This document shows, piece by piece, positions 8,697-17,384 of a stretch of DNA of 60,626 nucleotides. The stretch's first letter is position 1; every line of letters begins with the position of its first letter. This stretch comes from a virus (Duplodnaviria > Caudoviricetes). A program made the position numbers and the translations under genes. The DNA is taken from the IMG/VR virus record IMGVR_UViG_3300032225_000604, positions 1 to 60,626 of that record; one strand, written 5' to 3'. A model generated the notes under the pieces. That model saw only the letters and a program-made list of their open reading frames with translations, ran no database searches and was not told the DNA's origin.

Positions 8697-9123
8697 CTTC
8701 TGTCTCCTTCTTCTCCAGCAGTTGAGATAGGTACTCTACACCGAATGTCTCTTCGATCAACTTCTTTCTCATATCATTCTCCAAAATGGTTAGAGGAACA
8801 TAGTTGGTGAACCCAGGCATCTGCTTGGGGCAAATGATTCTGGGATAGTCCAACTTGGAATAATGATTCTCGGTAAGATTCACCAGTTGCGTATGTGAAT
8901 AATCACCACACCCGCACTCGCCGCAAACGAATGATTTGGCATAGAACTTGCTCTCCTGCCGTGACTCGCATGGAGGAATGCCCAGTTCCTCAGAACCATG
9001 ACAGCATATGTCTCGGATATCCCGTATCTCCTCGGAGACCTTGGCATTTTTGAATCCGCGCGACATCTGTGCATCTGCAAACTGCCATGCCGATGTGAAC
9101 TTGCGGCGGAAATAGTTCTTCAT
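8686..9123 (-). CDS. Cys-rich hypothetical protein (possible metal binding)
   Basis: CCHG, PPC, CGECGC, ICPK; ATGA overlap with gp46. Confidence 0.7.
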   Translation of the reverse strand: MKNYFRRKFTSAWQFADAQMSRGFKNAKVSEEIRDIRDICCHGSEELGIPPCESRQESKFYAKSFVCGECGCGDYSHTQLVNLTENHYSKLDYPRIICPKQMPGFTNYVPLTILENDMRKKLIEETFGVEYLSQLLEKKETEGEP

Positions 9124-10847
9124 GGATTCATCCTGCTGAAGTTGTTCTTTTTCTTGAAGGTGAGGACTTCCTGAAACTTATCCATCAACTGGTCGCTCTT
9201 GTGCGAGATGACGAAGATATTGCACCTTGCACCCATTCCCTTGAGCAACTTCATGAACTCATCCATGCCCGTTCCGTCAAGGCTTGAGTCGAAGACCTCG
9301 TCAAGGACAAGCAGGTTGCAGTTGGTACTGTTCTTCAGCCGTGCGATCTCTCGCCATGCAAGGAGGAGCGACAAATCAATACGCATCTTCTCGCCCTCGC
9401 TGAAGGATGCATAGGTGAACTCGTCGCGATGGCGCGACTTGATCGTCTCATCGAAGTTCTCATCAAGGTTGAACTGCACGAAGAAATCCATGCAGGTCAG
9501 GTAATGGTTGATCAACTTGTTCATGATCGGAAGATAATGGCGAATGATCTTCGTCTTGATGCCATTGTCCTTGAGGATGATCTGAGCGGAGCCAAGCAAC
9601 TTCTGTTCATGCTGCTTCTCGCCAAGATTCCTCTTTCCTGCCTCGGATCTGTCAACGAGTTCCTCAAGTGCCGTCTGCTCGTCATCAAGCGACTGCTGCG
9701 ACTTCTTGATCTTCTCAATCTCGGAGGACAACCGTTCGATCATCTTCTCGGCAACGCCAAGTTTCTGCCGATGTTCGTTCAGCACAGCATGAAACTTATT
9801 GTATTCCTCCTCGACGGCATCCAACTTGTTGTCGAGGATGAACATGTTGTCCTTGGCAATAGTCAGATCGATGTCCGTCAATGCACGATTCACCTCAGAC
9901 CGCTTGGTGGTCTTTGCATCAATCTCCTTCTGACGATGCTCGTCCGTCATCTCCCTACCACACGAAGGACATGGCATCTCCTTCATGGTCGCATACATCG
10001 AAATCTCGACATCAAGAGCATCGATCTTCCGCTCAAGGCTGCTCTTGATTTTCTTGAGATCCACGACATTGGTTATCTTCTTGCGGTAGAGATCGCGGTT
10101 CTTCGTCAGGTTGGAAAGGATGTTCCCACCCTTGACCGACAGAACTGAAAGGCTGTCACGGCTTTCCTCGTTCTTCTTGAGTTCTACCTCAAGCCCATCA
10201 AGGGAACTACGGCTCTTCTCCTCAAGCATGTTGAGATACTTGCGCTGAGTCTCTATCTTGCTGAGTAGGATCTCCATCGCAGTCTCACACGAACGGATCT
10301 CCTCCTTGTTCGTGGAGATTCGGTTCTTGAGAACGACATTCATGGCAGAGAACACACCGATGTCGAGAAGGGATTCGACAATCGCACGGCGGTCTGCCGC
10401 TGGCAAGCGCATGAACGGGATGTAGTTTGTAGATCCCAGGATGACTACCTGACAGAAGGACTTGTAGGACATCTTGAGGATCTGCTCCTCAAGCATCTTC
10501 TGATAGTCCTTCGACTTGGAATCCTGATCCATCAGGGTTCCATTCTTGTAGACCTCAAAGACCTTTGGGTTCAGCCCACGGCGAACCATGTAGTTCGCAT
10601 TGCCGATGTGGAACTCGCACTCCACAAGGCAATCCTTGGCATTGATGCTGTTCGGCAACTGCGGGATGTTGATGTTGCGGAACGGCTTGCCGAAGAGACA
10701 GAAGCAAATGGCATCAAGGAAAGTGGTCTTTCCCGCACCATTCTCCCCACAGATCAAGGTCATCTCGCTCTTGTTGAGCGTGATCTGCGTGAAGTAGTTC
10801 CCATACGAGAGGAAGTTCTTCCAACGAAGTTTCTCAAAGACGATCAT
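9120..10847 (-). CDS. 46: Recombination endonuclease ATPase subunit (gp46, SbcC/Rad50-like)
   Basis: Walker A GENGAGKTT, zinc hook CPSC, FSEGEK signature, LDEVFD, ISH. Confidence 0.96.
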   Translation of the reverse strand: MIVFEKLRWKNFLSYGNYFTQITLNKSEMTLICGENGAGKTTFLDAICFCLFGKPFRNINIPQLPNSINAKDCLVECEFHIGNANYMVRRGLNPKVFEVYKNGTLMDQDSKSKDYQKMLEEQILKMSYKSFCQVVILGSTNYIPFMRLPAADRRAIVESLLDIGVFSAMNVVLKNRISTNKEEIRSCETAMEILLSKIETQRKYLNMLEEKSRSSLDGLEVELKKNEESRDSLSVLSVKGGNILSNLTKNRDLYRKKITNVVDLKKIKSSLERKIDALDVEISMYATMKEMPCPSCGREMTDEHRQKEIDAKTTKRSEVNRALTDIDLTIAKDNMFILDNKLDAVEEEYNKFHAVLNEHRQKLGVAEKMIERLSSEIEKIKKSQQSLDDEQTALEELVDRSEAGKRNLGEKQHEQKLLGSAQIILKDNGIKTKIIRHYLPIMNKLINHYLTCMDFFVQFNLDENFDETIKSRHRDEFTYASFSEGEKMRIDLSLLLAWREIARLKNSTNCNLLVLDEVFDSSLDGTGMDEFMKLLKGMGARCNIFVISHKSDQLMDKFQEVLTFKKKNNFSRMNP

Positions 10848-10862
10848 CGTTCACTCCACCGG

Positions 10863-10870
10863 TATTTATA
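10863..10870 (-). promoter_or_regulatory. Late promoter TATAAATA upstream of gp46
   Basis: Exact T4 late consensus, followed by a GGAG RBS and ATG 10847. Confidence 0.65.
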
Positions 10871-11387
10871 CGGGAGTCTCTAGACCTTCATAAACATTCT
10901 TTGAGGAGAACCAAGACGGGGGATTGCCGTGATTCCACTTGGCAAACCTAGCCTTTTCCCCAAGATAGTACCTGCGGTATGCAACCACAGCATCGGTGCT
11001 TCGGTACTGATCAGGCATTGCCTGTGGGAACGGAGTGAGCGAGTCCGTTGCCCCATGCGGTAGGACAACATGCATCATGAACCATTTCGCCATCTGCTGA
11101 CACGAATGAACCTTGTCATACCTACGGGTATATTCCATGCATAGTTCGTGCGTGTGCCTTGCAAGCCATTCATAGTTGTCGAAGGACTCCCTAGCCCAAA
11201 TGGTGCATGGATGGTTTGCAAACGATGCCTTGTATAGGTTCACGGGAGCATAGATGACATGACTGCCACAGATGCGATGATTGGTCGATAGCATCTGACA
11301 GCCTTCGACTATCATCTTCACCACATGCTTGTCGCAGAGATCACGCGCTGCCTGTGCTGGGTCTTGGTTCACGATGAAAATGTTCAT
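10866..11387 (-). CDS. Pyrimidine-dimer DNA glycosylase family protein (DenV-like)
   Basis: MNIF...DKHVVKM..E..QMLST, NHPCTIWAR, EYTRRY, AYRRYY pattern. Confidence 0.8.
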   Translation of the reverse strand: MNIFIVNQDPAQAARDLCDKHVVKMIVEGCQMLSTNHRICGSHVIYAPVNLYKASFANHPCTIWARESFDNYEWLARHTHELCMEYTRRYDKVHSCQQMAKWFMMHVVLPHGATDSLTPFPQAMPDQYRSTDAVVAYRRYYLGEKARFAKWNHGNPPSWFSSKNVYEGLETPV

Positions 11388-11393
11388 GCCTAG

Positions 11394-11421
11394 ATCATAC
11401 ACCGCGATCTGGGCATGTCAA
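11394..11421 (-). promoter_or_regulatory. Host-type promoter for the DenV-like gene (leaderless)
   Basis: TTGACA-16 nt-TATGAT, 6 nt before ATG 11387. Confidence 0.8.
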
Positions 11422-11430
11422 GAAGATTGA

Positions 11431-13734
11431 TTAGAATCCAGTCGCACCCGCTGCATCAAGTTCGGTGAAAAGTTCCGTGAAGAACAAAGAATCCAATCCA
11501 CCCGTGATGCCACCCTTCATGCAAGCATAGAGAAGTTCAAACTCCGATGTTCTTGCATTTCCACTCCAGAAGTTCTGAGGAGGGGTTGTTGGAGTACGGC
11601 GATTTGGATATGGATCATTCGATACGACAGGTCCGATGTTCAATGCTTCCATGTCATTCTTATAGAGCAATCCAAGTCTCTTGTCGTACCATCCAGATTG
11701 ATCTGCTAGGAAATATCCATGACCGCTGTGAAGAATATCCACAACAGTGGCATCTATTGCCAACAACGATGGATAGAGATAGAACAGGCGGAATCTCCTG
11801 TCATGATACCAAGGTATCTCGACATTTCCATTATATGCTGTTCCGGGAATGCCTTTCCACTCCAATGCATTTCCATTCAGACGAATGAATGTATTGTAGA
11901 AGAACGGATACCCATCGGGGGTTCCCTTGTCATTTATCTTGGCAATTGCAAACAACTCTCCGAGTTCAGATGAGCCACATACACCCATTCCCCATATGGA
12001 GTTTACGAATGTTAGTCCGTGGAATCTCTGTCCGAAGAAGAGATCATATGGGCGCATGTACATTGTTGTCGCAATGTCGGCGTCCAGTCCCCAGAATCTT
12101 GGATTTGTATCGGTAGACGACTTCTTTTGCAGAGTTTGGGACGGATATCCATCAAAGTCATACCATGCAAACAACTCCATACCGACCACCACACCATCGG
12201 TTCCTGAGTTTCCGAATGTATGATTGTGCTGATCTCTTGCCCATGAAACGGGGATGTTTTCTACGAAACTTGCTCCCGATGGAGTGATGTTCGCCCAAGT
12301 CGTATATGTCGGAGCCTGATACTGATGATAGGTTCTTTCTATTGCCGCACCAGCATCCACAAAGACATGCGGGAATCCGTCTATTGGCGACTTGAACTTA
12401 TCCTTCCAATGGGACACCGAGGCATCAAGCCTCCACTTGTAGTAACGAACATTCTCGGCATCAGTAGGATCCTTGAAAAGCATCCACGGAATCGTCTGTT
12501 CGTACTCTGCTCCATAGGGAAGGAATCCCAAGTACGCAATGAACTCCATCGTATTTCCCCAAGCGGCAGAAAGAGCATCAAGGGCGGCAATCCGCTGCAA
12601 TCCATTTCCATAGGATATTCCAGGAGTGAAGTTGATCGCCCGATCCGTTATAGTCTGTGGATTGCTCGGGAATGTCGATCCATCGAACATGATCAATGTG
12701 CGTGTATTGAAGCAGAGACCCGGAGCGTTGAAATCAGTCAATGCCCCGACCCAAGTCAAGCCATTTGGATAACTGATCCACGGAGATCCTACGGCGACTT
12801 GATTGGCAGAGAAACCACCGAATGAACGATTTCCTCGGACAACGGAATATGTTCCTGCCGCATAGCATAATCCACGATAGGAAGTATTGAGATTGCTATC
12901 GGTAATGCCATCGACCGTGATTCCAAGTAGAGGATCCCGAATAACGGAAACATCGTTGAGAAGATCGCGAAGAGTTGCAGACTCCTGATTGAGAAGATAT
13001 TGATCAAAACGGAATCCTGTATCCGGAGCAAATCTATCGGTGATCCACGGAAGGCTTTGCTCGGCAACATATCCATATTGAGTCATAGGACTGCCAAAAT
13101 GTCCATATGGAGAATGCATCAGGATTCTCTCTATTCCATTCTGGTGATTCAACGAAAGACCCATCTTTTCGATGTTTCTGTTTCCCTCTTCCGGAAACCA
13201 GTTGAAGTCTAGTGCCATGTTGAAGAACTGATTGCCACCATCACGCGAATAGGAGTATTCCCCGATTCCATAAGTCTGATAGTCTACAAACCTATGCTTT
13301 GCCTGCTTCGGTTTTCTAGCCCGCTCATATCTCTTGTATGCAGCACGAACCGCAGTAGAAAAGTTCCTAGGATAGGTAAGGGGATCAAACCACCCCAGAT
13401 CCGATGCCGATATTTGATTGAACTGCGCTTCCGCAGTTCCACCCAATGTAAGTGGATTGATTGCAGAAGATATTCCCATCAACGATAAGGTGTTGGCAAG
13501 TTTTTCCGCAGTAGTACCAGCAGACCAACCGGGTTCGTATCTATCCATAAGATACTTGAACACGATGTCATATTTTTGCTGAAAGGTCTTGGGAGGTGCA
13601 GGTGGAGTTGGAATGATCGGAGTACGAGTTCCCTGCTCGGCAACAACGCTCGTTCCAGCATTGACTCCAGCCAACTTGGAGTTCGTCAACTTGATCTTGT
13701 AGTTGTTCTTTACCCGTATGTTCGTTATCTTCAT
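11431..13734 (-). CDS. Large hypothetical protein, probably virion-associated, possible glycoside-hydrolase-like barrel
   Basis: 767-aa ORF coupled by ATGA overlap; Pro-rich linker, aromatic-rich body, many G-x-T motifs. Confidence 0.6.
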   Translation of the reverse strand: MKITNIRVKNNYKIKLTNSKLAGVNAGTSVVAEQGTRTPIIPTPPAPPKTFQQKYDIVFKYLMDRYEPGWSAGTTAEKLANTLSLMGISSAINPLTLGGTAEAQFNQISASDLGWFDPLTYPRNFSTAVRAAYKRYERARKPKQAKHRFVDYQTYGIGEYSYSRDGGNQFFNMALDFNWFPEEGNRNIEKMGLSLNHQNGIERILMHSPYGHFGSPMTQYGYVAEQSLPWITDRFAPDTGFRFDQYLLNQESATLRDLLNDVSVIRDPLLGITVDGITDSNLNTSYRGLCYAAGTYSVVRGNRSFGGFSANQVAVGSPWISYPNGLTWVGALTDFNAPGLCFNTRTLIMFDGSTFPSNPQTITDRAINFTPGISYGNGLQRIAALDALSAAWGNTMEFIAYLGFLPYGAEYEQTIPWMLFKDPTDAENVRYYKWRLDASVSHWKDKFKSPIDGFPHVFVDAGAAIERTYHQYQAPTYTTWANITPSGASFVENIPVSWARDQHNHTFGNSGTDGVVVGMELFAWYDFDGYPSQTLQKKSSTDTNPRFWGLDADIATTMYMRPYDLFFGQRFHGLTFVNSIWGMGVCGSSELGELFAIAKINDKGTPDGYPFFYNTFIRLNGNALEWKGIPGTAYNGNVEIPWYHDRRFRLFYLYPSLLAIDATVVDILHSGHGYFLADQSGWYDKRLGLLYKNDMEALNIGPVVSNDPYPNRRTPTTPPQNFWSGNARTSEFELLYACMKGGITGGLDSLFFTELFTELDAAGATGF

Positions 13735-14180
13735 TTGGTTGCCTCTGCTGCTACTTCAAACTTTCCATCCAGCAACTTGCTGACTATCTCATCAGACCCA
13801 ACCAACTCGACAAGTTCCACATCATAGAAATAACGACCACCCTTGAAAGTGGAACTGGTATCGGAACTGATTATCATCCGAACGAATCCCGTTGCACCAC
13901 CGATATGAGCAAAGCCATCCGTGGTAAATCCATCGGTACTTGCGGGTTGCTTGACGAAATTCATGGTTGTTCCTGCCGAATACAGCATAGGAGTAGTATA
14001 CTTGGACTTGCGAATCTTCATTCGAAGCCGATAGTTGTCGAGGGAATACTGTATCGTGCCATTTTCATCGATGGTGGAAGCCAGCAACTGTATGGGCGAA
14101 AGAAGATCGTCGAACACCTGAAACTCAAGTACGAAGGTCGATCCTTGCTCTGCTGTAAGGTCTATGCTCAGTGCTGCCAT
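13731..14180 (-). CDS. Putative virion adaptor protein, paralog A
   Basis: EQGSTFVLEF...RMKIRK...RYFYDVELV...KLLDGKFEV; clearly homologous to the neighbouring ORF. Confidence 0.65.
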   Translation of the reverse strand: MAALSIDLTAEQGSTFVLEFQVFDDLLSPIQLLASTIDENGTIQYSLDNYRLRMKIRKSKYTTPMLYSAGTTMNFVKQPASTDGFTTDGFAHIGGATGFVRMIISSDTSSTFKGGRYFYDVELVELVGSDEIVSKLLDGKFEVAAEATK

Positions 14181-14189
14181 GTTTTCCTC

Positions 14190-14648
14190 TCAGGTTGTTG
14201 CTTCTGCATTCACGACCATGCGACCAGACAGAACCTTGGTCACTTCAAAACTTCCCGTAGTTCCCGATACTGCCTCTATGTCATAGAAGTACTTGCCATA
14301 CTTTATGCCTGTTGTGGAGGATGGACTGATCGTCATGCGAACCTTGCCAGGCGTACCCGCAATGACATAGAAACCATCGGCAGTCCTGCCAGCGGTATCA
14401 TCATCACCGACTTGTATGACGCTTGTATCGGACAATGAATATGCCACGGCATGAAGGCAAGTGAGGCAACCATATTTCGTCCTACGCATCTTCATGCGGA
14501 AGGAATAGGTTCCCAAGTCATATGTGTTCACTCCATTGGGAGATGCCGTCACAAGACCAAGAGGAGTATCGTCATCCTTCTTGAGTTCAAACTCAAGGAT
14601 GAACGAAGCACCCTGCTCTATCGTGAAGTCCTGTACTGTAAGTGCCAT
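14190..14648 (-). CDS. Putative virion adaptor protein, paralog B
   Basis: EQGASFILEF...RMKMRR...KYFYDIEAV...KVLSGRMVV. Confidence 0.65.
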   Translation of the reverse strand: MALTVQDFTIEQGASFILEFELKKDDDTPLGLVTASPNGVNTYDLGTYSFRMKMRRTKYGCLTCLHAVAYSLSDTSVIQVGDDDTAGRTADGFYVIAGTPGKVRMTISPSSTTGIKYGKYFYDIEAVSGTTGSFEVTKVLSGRMVVNAEATT

Positions 14649-14665
14649 TTATAGTCCTCCCCACA

Positions 14666-15559
14666 TCACCGACAGCCCCATACACGGAGCGATGCATTTA
14701 TCTTCGACTTGGGATCATTTGCAGTCTTTGCACTGGTGTTGTGCTTCTTCATTCCCTTCATACGCGCACAGAATGATTTTCTTCTTGCCTGAGTCTTGTC
14801 GGAGAGTTTGCCAAAGCCACCCTTGCGCTTTGCCTCATCCTTGGTTTCGATGCCAGCATGGATGCCTTGACGATGTGCTTCCTTGCGGGAAAGACCACCC
14901 TCGGGATGATTCTTGCCCTTCACAAAACCCTTGTACGGCTTCTTTTCCTCCGCGATCCGAACCTTCCTACCATCGGAAGACCTGGCATATCCATCATCCT
15001 CATTCAGGCTGAGTTTCTTCTTGGTCTCGCTCAGTATGCTCTTCTTGTCCACGAATGCAGAGAAGGACAACTTCTGCTCGTTGACTGCCTTCCACTTGCC
15101 ACCCTTGCGCTTGTAGCACTGAGCAGCCCAGCCATTGGCATATGCAGATGGGTAGACATCGAACTTGGCTCGGGCTTGCGAGACGCAATCCTGCCACTTG
15201 TCGGGGCTTGTGGGGCTGTTCTTCTCAAGCAAAAGATCCATCGATTCGATCAGATCGTCCTTCGGATCGATTACATACTCTTCGCTTATCTTGCCTTTTC
15301 CAAAGTTTGAGACATTGATGGGCTTACCCTGCCTTTCCGGATTCGGATCATGTTTTCTCTTGGTACGGACAGCAGCGGCTCTCTCCGTCTTGGAAAGTTT
15401 CCGCCGCTTCTCATTGGACATGCACTTTGGCTTTGGTTCGCCAGGTTCACGCGCACAGGGACCAACCACTTCACCCTTGGTGTTGATGCGCTTCCAGCCA
15501 CCCTCGGGGTGCTTGGGATTGAACCACTTGCGAAGATCCTCGCGAATATGACCGTCCAT
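14666..15559 (-). CDS. Basic multi-module protein, putative capsid-internal protein
   Basis: Modules DLRKWF..GPCAR..PKC, YPSAYANGW..YKRKGGKWK and RRKSFCARM..W.C; GGAGG RBS before ATG 15559; late-promoter motif upstream. Confidence 0.65.
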   Translation of the reverse strand: MDGHIREDLRKWFNPKHPEGGWKRINTKGEVVGPCAREPGEPKPKCMSNEKRRKLSKTERAAAVRTKRKHDPNPERQGKPINVSNFGKGKISEEYVIDPKDDLIESMDLLLEKNSPTSPDKWQDCVSQARAKFDVYPSAYANGWAAQCYKRKGGKWKAVNEQKLSFSAFVDKKSILSETKKKLSLNEDDGYARSSDGRKVRIAEEKKPYKGFVKGKNHPEGGLSRKEAHRQGIHAGIETKDEAKRKGGFGKLSDKTQARRKSFCARMKGMKKHNTSAKTANDPKSKINASLRVWGCR

Positions 15560-15577
15560 CTGTCCTCCAGTTTCCAA

Positions 15578-15584
15578 TATTTAG
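15578..15584 (-). promoter_or_regulatory. Putative late promoter (CTAAATA)
   Basis: Intergenic between the gp47 stop and the accessory insert. Confidence 0.65.
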
Positions 15585-15588
15585 GAAA

Positions 15589-16641
15589 CTAGATGGACAA
15601 ACTTTCAGTATAAATCTCCCGCATCAGGTTCTTCAGGTCGCTTCCGCCGTCGATCTTGAGTTCATCGATGTACCCGTCTATGAGATCGACGGTGTTCTTG
15701 GAGAGTTCCTTTTCGGAAACAAAGGAATCCTCGGTTTCCTCCTCAGCCTCTATCTTCTCCGCGATCAGGAGATCATGGATTCCTGCCTCAAAAAGACGGT
15801 CGCAGAACATGTCGAACTTGGGCTGGTTCTTCTTGGAGGTGACCACCAACTTCACAAAGCATTCCTTGTACTTCGCAAAGTTGAAGTTTCCATGCCCCTG
15901 TTCGTCTAGGTTGAGGTCATAGTTGACCCGATGGTACAGTTTCCTCGGATTCTCAAAGAACTCCAAGGAGCCATCCTCCGTGTCAAGCACATGGAATCCC
16001 TTGGACTCATTGACCTCGGAGAAGAACATCTGATAGGGATTGCCAAGATAGTGGATATTTCCGCTTTCCTGCTTGCAATGGAAATGCCCCGAATAGACCT
16101 TATTGAACCGCGACAGGACGGAGGGATCAAGACCACCTTCGTGCTTGACTCCACGAACCACCTCATAGCCCGTCAGTTCAAAGTGACCGAACAGGGCATC
16201 GGCATTGCTCGTCTCAAGGTACTTCTGAACCTCGGATGCATTGTCCTTCGATATCCACGGAACGAATCCACAGACCATCCCGTCGATCATCACATCCTTG
16301 GGGTTCTCGTAGACCTTGAAATGGTCTCCGAATATCTCCACAACGGAGTTCACTTCATTGGTATTCTTCCAATAGCAGTCATGGTTTCCGATGACGCAAT
16401 ACACGGTGATGTCGTTCTTGGAGAACCATTCCGTGAACCTTTTTCTGACATTCCGCAGGGTATTGAAGTTGATGAACTTCCTGCGATCAAGCACATCACC
16501 CATGTGGATGACCGTCTTGATGTTGTTCTTCAGCAGATAGGGGAAGAACTGCTTCTCAAAGAACTCAAGGTATGCCTCAAGAAAGACAGGAGAATCATTC
16601 TTGAATCCGAAGTGAGTATCGGTGACGATGGCGATCTTCAT
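15589..16641 (-). CDS. 47: Recombination endonuclease nuclease subunit (gp47, SbcD/Mre11-like)
   Basis: DTHFG, GDVLD, GNHD, GHFE, SGHFH metallophosphoesterase motifs. Confidence 0.96.
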   Translation of the reverse strand: MKIAIVTDTHFGFKNDSPVFLEAYLEFFEKQFFPYLLKNNIKTVIHMGDVLDRRKFINFNTLRNVRKRFTEWFSKNDITVYCVIGNHDCYWKNTNEVNSVVEIFGDHFKVYENPKDVMIDGMVCGFVPWISKDNASEVQKYLETSNADALFGHFELTGYEVVRGVKHEGGLDPSVLSRFNKVYSGHFHCKQESGNIHYLGNPYQMFFSEVNESKGFHVLDTEDGSLEFFENPRKLYHRVNYDLNLDEQGHGNFNFAKYKECFVKLVVTSKKNQPKFDMFCDRLFEAGIHDLLIAEKIEAEEETEDSFVSEKELSKNTVDLIDGYIDELKIDGGSDLKNLMREIYTESLSI

Positions 16642-17228
16642 TTCTTTGGCTTCTTCTTGGTGACCTTCTTGGAGGTTTTCTTAGCAGCCTTCTTGGCAAC
16701 GACAAGTTCCTTGACAGGTTCCTTGACAGGTTCCTTCTTCTTGCTACCTTGGAAGTTCTCAAGGTCGAGTTCAGTCAGGGAAAGAGACTTGAAGAAATCC
16801 TGTATCTTGTTCTCGTCGTGGTATGCATCGTTGAGCCACTTCGGAACCGTGCCGTTCGTCCTTGCCATCTCTATGCTCTTGAACTTGATGTAGTTCTGCT
16901 TCTTTTCCTTCTGTATCCTGCGGACGAATGCATAGTAGATGATCTGAGTGAAGTAGGAGAACGGATTCTTTGACTTGGTAGGATCGAAGTTCGCGGCATA
17001 CATCAGGCAGTTCTCTATTCCGTCTCCCACCATCTCCTCCCTGTATGGGTAGTTGATGAAGTTCGGTCTGTAGGAAAGACGCTCCGCGATTGCAAGGAAG
17101 CATCTGCCGATATAGTCGGTGACGGGGGGAAGAGGAAGATTCGCCTTCTTGGCTTTCTTCCACTCCTTCTTCCACTTCACCATCTCCGCATAGAACACCT
17201 TGTTGTCGATATAGTGGCTGTCACTCAT
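16638..17228 (-). CDS. 55: Late-transcription sigma factor gp55
   Basis: HYIDNK, IAERLSYRPNFINY, DGIENC, NPFSYFTQIIYYAFVRRIQKEK. Confidence 0.96.
   Translation of the reverse strand: MSDSHYIDNKVFYAEMVKWKKEWKKAKKANLPLPPVTDYIGRCFLAIAERLSYRPNFINYPYREEMVGDGIENCLMYAANFDPTKSKNPFSYFTQIIYYAFVRRIQKEKKQNYIKFKSIEMARTNGTVPKWLNDAYHDENKIQDFFKSLSLTELDLENFQGSKKKEPVKEPVKELVVAKKAAKKTSKKVTKKKPKK
16706..16736. repeat. 12-bp tandem repeat (about 2.5 copies) encoding KEPV-KEPV-KE in the gp55 tail
   Basis: GTTCCTTGACAG x2 + GTTCCTT. Confidence 0.8.
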
Positions 17229-17256
17229 TCATGGTATCTCCTTTGCCTGTGCGAAT

Positions 17257-17284
17257 ATACTACACGGCTTTTGTATGAAAGCAA
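17257..17284 (-). promoter_or_regulatory. Host-type promoter for gp55
   Basis: TTGCTT-16 nt-TAGTAT, then GGAG RBS; same spacer length as the three other promoters. Confidence 0.6.
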
Positions 17285-17314
17285 GGAGGCACTTTAGATT
17301 CTACTGGATTGTTG

Positions 17315-17343
17315 TTGACAGGTGAAAACGAAATAGGTAACTT
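17315..17343 (+). promoter_or_regulatory. Divergent sigma70-like promoter (antisense direction)
   Basis: TTGACA-17 nt-TAACTT in the largest intergenic gap. Confidence 0.5.
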
Positions 17344-17384
17344 GAGTGTGTCATGTTTCATCAAGAGGTGTTCTTAGAGATTAC

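Noticed and set aside
15931-16893. 320-aa plus-strand ORF
   Set aside because: Antisense to gp47/gp55; codon-bias shadow
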